DNA from: Octopus vulgaris | Taxonomy: Eukaryota | Reading direction: 5' to 3' | NCBI GenBank assembly: GCA_951406725.2 | Contig: OX597830.1 | Span: forward strand, 7,998,001 to 8,062,000 | Length of the DNA: 64,000 nucleotides | Shown: in pieces, positions 53,091 to 64,000 of the stretch | Layout: every line of letters starts with the position of its first letter | How positions within the stretch are numbered: the stretch's first letter is position 1 | The notes under the pieces: generated by a model | What the model was told of the DNA's origin: nothing | What the model saw: the letters and a program-made list of their open reading frames with translations, nothing else | Databases searched by the model: none | Translations under genes and position numbers: made by a program

Positions 53091-53399
53091 TATATATATA
53101 CATTCACATACATATATATTATGTAGTTAAGTATATATGTATGTATATATATGTGCGTGTGTATTATTACATACTCGTCAAAAATACAATTTTATACATA
53201 TACACACATAAACATATATATACATACGTACACACATACTTACATATATTCATGCATACATACATGCTAAGTCTCTACTTACTATGTATATATTATGTAT
53301 ATACGTACATACAGCATTTAGTAGAAACGGAAACGCCAGTAACGCAGCTTCCAGTTTCATCTTTCGGTTCGTTAAGTAATGACGAGTTAACAAATAATC

Positions 53400-53469
<70 letters not shown>

Positions 53470-53810
53470 CGAGAGATAGAGAGTAACATATAACTTAGTG
53501 ACCATCGAAATATTGCAAATTAATTGAAAACAAGCTAATAATTGGATTACTAGTTGAATTCCGATCAGGAACGTAAACAACCCAACACCCGTTTTCATGC
53601 TCTGGGTGGAAAAACAGAATTATTAGGAAAAAGAGGCAAAAGCGACAACCTAACTGAATTGTTACAGTGTTGGATAAAATAGTGACATACACGCACACAC
53701 ACGCATACATATATTTGGTAAACTAACACAATGATCAATAGAAAGGTGTGTGTATAAATGCGTGTATATATGCATGTGTATGTGTGTGTATATGTGTATG
53801 GGTATATTGT

Positions 53811-54043
53811 AAGGCGGCGAACTGGTAGAAACGTTAGCACGCCGGGCGAAATTCGTAGCAGAATTTCGTCTGTCGTTACGTTCCGAGTTCAAATTCCGCC
53901 GAGGTCGATTTTGCCTTTCATCCTTTCGGGGTCGATAAATTAAGTACCAGTTACGTACTGGGGTCGATGTAATCGACTTAATCCCTTTGTCTGTCCTTGT
54001 TTGTCCCCTCTGTGTTTAGCCCGTTGTGGGTAGTAAAGAAATA
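53811..54043 (+). mobile_element. SINE family B
   Basis: Highly similar to 14092-14322. Confidence 0.88.
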
Positions 54044-54357
54044 TATATTTGTTTAGAGGCGGAAGAATGAGCCCTCAATACATTACACTCGGATCGATTC
54101 TCGTTGGTGAGGAGCAGACACTCAGTAAATCAAGATACATCATAGTAAAGCTAAGAAACAGGTTTAATAGCATCTCCTATTATAAGCGGAACTCTCTAAT
54201 TAGACATGCGCATGTCAAGGGGAACCCTCAATCCATTGAACTCTTTATTCCGATGCTGCCGGCTAGCCATCGAAAATTACGCTTTCAGTTGGGCGGTGTC
54301 TGTTTTGTTTTGTTTTTATCATAAGAAAAACGAGACATAGATTACAAAACATTCGTT

Positions 54358-54567
54358 GGTTTCAAATTTTGGCAAGAGGCCAGCTTATTCTGGGGGATGG
54401 GCCAAATCGATTACATCGACCCCGGTGCTCAACTGACCTTTAATTTATCAACCCCGAAAGGATGAAAGACAAAGTCGACCTCGGCAGAATTTTTACTCAG
54501 AACGTAAAGACGTACGAAGTGCAATTAAGTATCTTACACTGATTGCTAACCTTTCTGCCAGTTCGCT
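54358..54567 (-). mobile_element. SINE family B
   Basis: Reverse diverged copy. Confidence 0.78.
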
Positions 54568-54947
54568 ATTTTTACTCAATATCTAATGAAGAGAGTGGTT
54601 GTTCCATCGGTGCTTCCATGACCAGTTACGATGGAGTGAAAACAATCCATCTCATTCTTCTTCTCATTCTAAACAATATCCTCATTACTCGGAGCTGCAC
54701 CCAGATGACAGCTTAACCATTCTTTCCGAGTACGGTTAAAATTTTCAAGAAATTTCGTTTAAACATGACCAACACCTGTCATAAAATTGGATACCTGATT
54801 TCACGGAATAAAACCTGAAGAATATTTGTATGTTTATTCATATCTACATACAAATTACGCACATGCACACACACATACACACGCGCGCGCATATATATAT
54901 ATATATATATATACGCACACATACACACACGCACGCACACACACGCA

Positions 54948-54995
<48 letters not shown>

Positions 54996-55108
54996 CAAAC
55001 GAGCATACATACACATATAGAGATACCCTCATAAAAGTAAAAATGTACATATATAGGTTTGAGTGTGTATCTATCTATATATCTATATATCTATGTCTCT
55101 ATGCATGC

Positions 55109-55180
<72 letters not shown>

Positions 55181-56776
55181 ACATATATATATATATATAT
55201 ATATGCATACATATATACGTGTATATATATATATATGTGTGTGTGTGTGTATGTGTGTATAAATGTATATATACATGTATATGTATATATGCATATATAT
55301 ATATATATATACACATGCGTATATATGCATGCGTATATATGCATGCGTGTGTGTGTGTGTGTGTGTGTTGTTTTGTAATGTCCCATGTTCGTTGGCTGCA
55401 GAACTAATGGAAAAATTATAGTCTAAAAGATAGTGCGGTGGGGGTGAGGTGGTAGAGGGTTGTATGGCTTGTTATGATAATTGACACAATAATCTAGATA
55501 TCGGTGAGGGTGGGGTGAGTGTGGAGAGGATGTGATGCAGAGGGAGGGGAGGTGAATATTGGGGAAGATGATGATAAAGTTTAGGGAGATAGAGAGAGAG
55601 CTAGGGTTGAAATCTGACAACCATGTAGTAAATTACATACACAGATAGACACACACATACACGCATATATACATACATATATGTGTGTGTGTGTGTCTAC
55701 ATGCATACATATATATACATACACACGCCTACATAAACACACACACACACACATATATGTACGTATTACAGACACTTACTCGTTATGATCATAATAAATA
55801 GGTTTATGGCACTGGAGGAGTTCAGAATTATCTCCCTTGCCTACGGAAGAATATGGATGTCCTCCATGTTACGAAGATAATTTTGAGTGATATCATGAGA
55901 ATTTGTTTAATCCTGGAGTCAAAACTGCATTTAATTTTGCTTTGAAGAAAACAAAAAAATTATGGTACACCCATCAATTCCTGACTCGCAAGAACATAGC
56001 TGAACACCTCGTACAGAGAGAGAGAGATACAAACACACGGTCGACCCATGGCTATAGTCGAAGACACTTGCCCGAGGTGCCACGAAACCATATGGTTGAG
56101 AATTAAACTAACCACATATCATAAAAAATACAAAGAACTCTGAAACTAAAGAATTATATGGTTCATCTCTCTCTTCACTTTAAATGCATCTTGCTATATA
56201 ACTCATAGCTTCTCAAATGTTATACACAAACACTTCCTACATAATAATCTTTATTACAATCCTTTGAATAAATATAATATCATACTTAGAAACAGTTGTA
56301 CTCAAAATCTGGTTACAGCTGTCATCAGATGTAGCACAAACACTTCAGAATAAGTATCATATAAATATTCCGAATGAGACATCCCATTACAGATACATTA
56401 ATATCACATTCTCCGGATGATAAGTGTCTCACAAAGGTACTTGTGTAACGATGGAAAATGTTCTCAGTAAAGAGCTGGTTAATAAAATTATATTAACCTG
56501 ACTGTGAATACTTATAAGAATAGTTATGATCGTCACACATATTCCTTCAGACAAATTCCTTTTTTTTTTAAGTGAAAATATTTTAAGTCCATTCTTCTTT
56601 TTTGTTTAATTCATACGCGCATGATGTCATAGCACCGACTACCTGCTTAATTATTGTGGACTGTCAGTGATTAAGTATCATATAGATTCATGCACTACTT
56701 TCGACCATACATACATACGACACACACACACACACACGATAGACACACGATAAACACACCGTCAGCCTGAAAATCT

Positions 56777-56840
<64 letters not shown>

Positions 56841-57167
56841 TTAAATATATATAGATAGATACCACTTTCAATATTTACTTACCTACTTCATTAACGGAAT
56901 TAAAACAAACGACATTTCCTGACAAGGAAGATTACTCATACCACCATCGCGATATGAGTAATCTTCATTACTTTTGTACCTTATGAAAAATGGAGATCAC
57001 TTCCGGATTAGATCACTTCCGGCAGCAGTTCTTGTCAGTTCGATACATGTTTTGTTGAGTTAGTCAAGAAATATATCAGCCGACATATTGCTACTGCTTG
57101 TTTCTTAATTATTTTGATAGTTGTACACATAAATAAACACTCACGCACACACTCTCTCTACTTCTCC

Positions 57168-57216
<49 letters not shown>

Positions 57217-57483
57217 TCTCACACACACAATATATATGTAAGATGCTTATGTCAAAAGATGGGAGGAAGTGAGGAAGAAGAGGGGAAAGAAGCAGAGTTA
57301 CTAAGTGACAAAGATAAAAAGAAAAGGAGAAACACAGAAACTAAAAGACGTTTGTCGTTATCTAATATTCAACGACATACAACTACGTGCATATATATGC
57401 GCTTGTGTATATATATATACACAAACATACATACATACATACATGCATGCATGCACATATATATATATATATATATAGGGATG

Positions 57484-57525
<42 letters not shown>

Positions 57526-57612
57526 AAAGAATGCATGTGCACTTATTAATTTCCGATTAAGCGTTATAGCGGAATGATGTTAGATAAAACTCGACGAATT
57601 ATCTTCTTCGCT

Positions 57613-57678
<66 letters not shown>

Positions 57679-57694
57679 CAAATAAATCTGCATG

Positions 57695-58068
57695 TATTCT
57701 TTTATTTGTTTCGGTCGTTTGACTGCGGCAATGCTGGAGCACCGCCTTTAGTCGAACAAATCTACTCCAGGACTTATTCTTTGTTAGCCTGGTACTTATT
57801 CTATCATTGATTTCTGCCGAACCGCTAAGTTACGGGGACGTAAACACACCAACATCAGTTGTGAAGCGATGGTGGGTGACAAACACAGACACACACACAC
57901 ACACACACATACGAAGGGCTTCTTTCAGTTTCCGTCTACCAAGTCCACTCACAAGGCTTTGGTCGGCCCGATGCTATAGTAGAAGACACTTACCCAAGGT
58001 GCCTACGCAATGGGACTGAACTTGGAACCATGTGGTTGGGAAGCAAGCTGCTTACAACACGGCCACGC
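57695..58068 (-). mobile_element. SINE family A
   Basis: Full-length reverse copy. Confidence 0.88.
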
Positions 58069-58075
58069 TAGTACC

Positions 58076-58127
<52 letters not shown>

Positions 58128-59321
58128 TGTGAGTGTGTATAATCAAAACAAAAGACGAAGACGGGTGTAAGTAACAAACAGATGTGTTAGTCTAACGCTC
58201 GGGAAGTGAGAAAGTCTTTTATGTTTCGAGCCTGCGCTCTTCGACAGAAAGGGACACAGAAATAAACAGGGAGAGAAAATAGAAAAAAGGTTTAGTGGCT
58301 AGTGATCTATCATGGCGAATATATATATATGCGACATGGAGAGATGGAAAAGCAGCTTAGACCCTACTACATGTCTAAACTCAAGGACAGAACTTTTCGG
58401 ATCATGCCCATATGTGACAAAATTTTTGTTACGTTTTTGGTCACCCCAAGAATACAGATAGAACTTGCTTTCTATATTATGTCCAAAAAAGTTTTTTATC
58501 TCATTATACCTTTTATTTTTTCATATATTTTTATATTTTCACATAATTTTTTCTGTACTCTTCCATCCTGCATTTTTTCCTGTGCCTATATAGACGTGTA
58601 TATAGATTCATCTGTACACGTGTGTGAATATGTATGAGTGGGCGGGTGTGTATGTATATAGATGTGTGTGGGCATAAGAATACATATATATATAGACGTT
58701 TTTACTTAGTATTTTTACAATTTTTTCCGTTTTTTTGGCGCATGTATAATCTTTTTTTGTGTTTGCGTGTGTGTGTGTATGCGTATATAAACATGTGCGG
58801 GTATGTGCATATATGGGTGTGTGTGTGTATATGTGCATAAGGGTATGTCCGTATATGAACGTGGTTTTTATGCTTTGTATACTTCCTTATTGTTTTTTTC
58901 TGTATTGTTACCTTTAACCATGTTTTTTCTTGTGCTTGTGCGTATATAGACGTTTGTATGAAGCTTTACGGTACGCGTGGGTGTGTATGAGTTTGTATAT
59001 ATATGCGTATACATTTTGCGAAAAATGCGAGTGAAGATGTGTACGTTTTCATAGTGACGTATACGTACACACGTGGATGCGCGAGCGCACATGTGAGCGT
59101 ATGAGTAGCCATGCTTACGTGTTTACTATGAACTTTTAACCTTAATTTATATAAGTAGCGGAATTATAACACAGTAATTTCCCTTTGAATAACGGTATTT
59201 TTTCATAGCGTTTTTTCAGATGGCCAGATAACCGAAGAGCCGGTGTTGTGGATTTCCACTTCGGCATCCGAAACTCAGAGTTTTATCTTAGCTATTGAAT
59301 AATGGTAACATATTAATTTAC

Positions 59322-59390
<69 letters not shown>

Positions 59391-60215
59391 TTATATGAAT
59401 ATGAGGTGAATATAGATTTATTATTTCCATGTGGTTTCCATATGATTACAGTTGTTTCGTCATTTTCCCCGTATAGTATTAATTTCAGCATTCCGAATTA
59501 TATACGTACATTCTACATCAATATGCACGTTTAACATTATATAATGCAGTTGTAGAGATATATAATAGAGAACACGAACTCGTGGTTAAACATATAGGAA
59601 CACATTGGATATATTCAGGATTCAGTTGAATTTGGTAGTGAAGTGAAATTCTTCTGTCTGATGAAGTGTGCTAGTAATTCTAAAGGCCCAGTCTTTAGAA
59701 TTTGGCCTCTAGAATTACGTGAAGCATACACATGCCTGTGGAATACACAGCCACTTACAAAATTATTAAGCAAACAACTAGAATACCCATCGTCGAAACG
59801 GACGAAGGTTCAGTGAGCGAGTGTGTGTGTATGCATGTGTGTGTATGTATGATTGCGTGTGTGTATGTGTGTGCCTGATTTCTATATTTTTGTTTGTTTG
59901 AATAAATATAAGAATCAACAAAAACATGAGTTTTTCTTCTCCTCCTGTTCCCTCTTCACTAAATGCAGTCCGCATCAATTACAACAATCTCTTCCTCTCC
60001 CATTGTTAAAAAAAAAAGTCACGTGGTATTTCTAGTAATAACGCTTTTCCATTTAAACTAAAACATAATAGAATTTGCATTCTTTGTGTTGCTTCCTGAA
60101 ACTATACAACAAGTCAGTTGTACTTTAAATTTTTAAATCTTTCTGTATTTTAAAATTTGGAATTACATTCAGAGTGAAAATAACAAAATGGACCAAAATT
60201 TATAATGACAGCCAC

Positions 60216-60530
<315 letters not shown>

Positions 60531-61142
60531 CGTAATTACTGCGAAGCTTTTGTGTGATATTGTATTTCAGTGAGTAAGCTACTACGAAGATAAATATAAT
60601 TTGACTTTTTCAGTCCATAATAATAGCAACTTATAGTTCTGGTGATCATCTTTATTTTTATTTTAAATTTATTTGTTTTATTTATTTATTTTTGTCTTGG
60701 TGTTTTAGCTTCATAGAAATTCATAGAATTTCTCCAGTCTCTTCTGAATTCCAATATCGTTTCGGCGGAAACAACGCCATCCATTTATTTCTGTAATGAT
60801 CCTTAATATTAAAATTCAAAAGTTCATAATATAATTTTGTGCACACTGTGATGACGGGTGAGTTTCGGGATTTGGGGGGGGGTTCTTTTTTTTTTTTATT
60901 TTAGCCTGGCCTTTTCCGTGATGAAATGAAAACTATGTTTGGAAAAGGTTTGCTGGTGGCACAAATAATCAGGGTAGAGGTGAGATCAGGGTAGAGGTGT
61001 GATCAGGGTGGTGGTGAGATCAGGGTAGAGGTGAGATTAGAAATGTTTGGGAGGTCTGCAGGTGTCGCAGACAATCATGGCAGCAGTGTGATGCGTTGTA
61101 TATGTTGAAAGTCTACTGACGGTATAGGCAACAAGAATAACT

Positions 61143-61321
61143 GGCACTCTGTCGGATGTGGGTTCCAGTCGATCTGATCAACAGAAAATCCGGCTTGTGA
61201 AATTAACGTACAAGTGGCTGAGTACTCCACAGACACGCATACCCTTAACATAGTTACAGGGAGAATCAGCGTGGCACAGAATGGGACAAGGCTGACCTCT
61301 GAATTACAGTTGCTACTCAAT
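61143..61321 (-). mobile_element. SINE family C, 3' part, abutting the Tc1 remnant
   Basis: Similarity to 34050-34240. Confidence 0.75.
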
Positions 61322-62325
61322 TTGCCGAGAATCTTCAAATTCCTCTTGCTACTGTTAATAGAATTATAGTGCAGTCCAAAAGCCAAGGAAAAAAATCGAC
61401 CTGGGTCCACGGAAAGGAAGCTTCGTTGTTTGAAGAGAATTGTGGAAAACGAACTCCGTTCGAAGGCTTCTGTCATTGCAAAACAGCTGGAAGTTAGTCC
61501 AAGAGCGTGTGTTACATATCTGCATAAGCTTGGGTATTATGGACGGAGCAGCTAGAAGAAAATCTCTCCTTCAACCAATTAATTTCATGAAAAGAAAGAA
61601 ATGGGCTGAGATGTCAGAAAAATCCAGTTCATTTTGGGATAGAGTGATTTTCTCAGATGAATCCAGATTTGCATTATTTTCAAACAGATGACGTGTTTGG
61701 GTCGGGAGGCTTCCCAATCAAGAATTTGATTTAAAACGACTCCAACCAACTGTGAAACATGGCGGTATCTCTGTAATGGTATGGGGAGCTGTTACCAGCA
61801 ATGGTCGTTCTGAGCTGATCGAATGTGTTGGATCAATAAACTCTGAAAAGTACATCGAAATATTTAAGCAAGGACTACTTCCGATGTCTTCACACGATAA
61901 CATAACGAAAAAGGAGTTTTTATTCATGGAGGATGGGGCTCCATGCTACTCAACGAAAAGGAATCAACAATGGTTGACTGAAAATGGGATCAAAAAGCTT
62001 CGTTGGCTGAGCCAATCTCCTGGAACGAACCCAATTGAAAATCTTTGGAGAATACTAGATAGAGCTATACGAAAAACTCGACCGAAACCTAAATCTGAAG
62101 TTGAATTGTTTCGATTGTTGCGTGAAAAGTGAGCAGAAATTCCACAAAGCTCATCAGTTCAATGCCAAAAAGAGTTTCTGAGTTAAAAACTGCAAAGGGA
62201 ATGTCAGCTAAATACTAAAGTATGTAGTCCTACCTATCGATTACATTTCAATTGTTCGCTTTGCATATTAAATAAAATAAAATATTGAAAATTAAAGGTG
62301 TCTATTTACTTCCTGCATGTCTGTG
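61322..62325 (+). mobile_element. Decayed Tc1-like (DD34E) transposon, 5' part lost at a SINE
   Basis: Motifs WDRVIFSDESRF, TVKHGGISVMVWG, FMEDGAPCY, SQSPGTNPIENLW; contains stops and frameshifts. Confidence 0.88.
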
Positions 62326-62329
62326 TGTG

Positions 62330-62784
<455 letters not shown>

Positions 62785-62889
62785 CTAACCTTTAAATGGG
62801 AAGATCTGCAAACAGATCTCTGACTTGTTTGGGAGAATTTGATGCAATTGCTTCCTCCCAGAGTCATATTCTAATGATGATTATATTCG

Positions 62890-63185
62890 TTGCAAAAAAT
62901 CATGTAAAAAAATCGCCGTAAACAATCGTAATAATGAAGACATAGGAATCCAAAATTTCAGGATTGCAGGTCCGGATTCGGCCCGGGATGCTTTTTAATT
63001 TACTCACGGAGTTAACCTTTAGAGTATAAAAATTGTTGTCATACAAAGAAAATTTGTTGCAAAAAGTCACGTAAGGAAATCGCCGAAAACAATCACAGTA
63101 ATGAAAACTTGGGGATCCAAAATTTCAGGATTGTGGGTCCGGATTCGGCTCGAAATGTTTTTAATTTACTCACAGAGTCAGCCTG
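62890..63185. repeat. Diverged ~167-bp tandem duplication
   Basis: AAATCGCCG...ATCCAAAATTTCAGGATTG..GGTCCGGATTCGGC...TTTAATTTACTCAC occurs twice. Confidence 0.75.
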
Positions 63186-63294
63186 ATTCCAAAATGGTAT
63201 GATATGTTGGGCTACGGCCTCTAGGAGTAAAGTTGGAAAAGTGTGACACACTGACATTCACATTTATTATATTATATTATTATTATATCATATT

Positions 63295-63510
63295 AAGGCG
63301 ACGAGTTGGCAGAATCGTTAGCACGCCGTGCGAAACGCTTGGCTGTATTTTGTCTGCCGTTAGATTTTGAGTTCGAATTCCACCGAGGTTGACGTTGCCT
63401 TTCATCCGTCGGAGTCGATAAAATTAGTACGATTTGCGTACTGGAGTCGATGTTATCGAATTACTCCCTTTCCCAAAAGTTGAGTCTTTGTGCTTCCAGT
63501 AGAAAAGATT
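63295..63510 (+). mobile_element. SINE family B
   Basis: Similarity to the other copies. Confidence 0.82.
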
Positions 63511-63582
63511 TATTAAAGTTGAAGAAGTGTGACATTTATTATATTTTATTTTGGGGAAACTTTGTTTCAATTAGAGTGTACG

Positions 63583-63614
<32 letters not shown>

Positions 63615-63758
63615 GTTTAAATATTTGTTGTGCAAGATTTTTTTATGTGAAAAAAGTAAGTGAGAAGAAAACAAAGGACCACTGATGCGGTCACAGGAGT
63701 GTGACGAAAGAACTTTGGCCGAAATAAGATTAAGATTAATGTAAAAAATAAATATCAC

Positions 63759-64000
<242 letters not shown>

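Noticed and set aside
59440-59760. Hammerhead halves (GAAACAACTGTA on minus; CTGATGA plus long hairpin on plus)
   Set aside because: The halves are on opposite strands and neither forms a complete motif.
60968-61037. 16-bp tandem repeat GATCAGGGTAGAGGTG x4 (and a 21-bp x3 repeat at 19378-19436)
   Set aside because: Ordinary short minisatellites with no further structure.

Overview
Very AT-rich, microsatellite-saturated animal genomic DNA. The SINE families and the (TA)n/(CA)n/(TAGA)n/(ATT)n landscape resemble Octopus or another coleoid cephalopod (inference). No host protein-coding gene can be supported, and nearly all ORFs in the track are microsatellite translations. The main feature is a young, apparently intact Penelope-like retroelement (Neptune-type: RT, Cys-rich linker, C-terminal GIY-YIG) at 43342-50507. 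It is a partial tandem with period 4271 bp, inserted in (TA)n. It carries a 430-aa ORF1 that overlaps the RT-EN ORF in the -1 frame at a U-UUU-UUU heptamer, plus a minimal hammerhead ribozyme (HHR) in each pseudo-LTR. About a dozen more HHR-like motifs sit in short, unrelated elements across the window. They include core variants (G3:C8, U4C, A6U, A9C), fold-back pairs, a tRNA-headed HHR element, a terminally redundant ~500-bp retrozyme-like unit and an HHR captured inside a mariner MITE. The rest comprises four tRNA-SINE families, decayed mariner/Tc1 transposons and MITEs, non-autonomous Helitrons, a CR1-like LINE 3' fragment and simple repeats. All RNA structures were read by eye and not computed.
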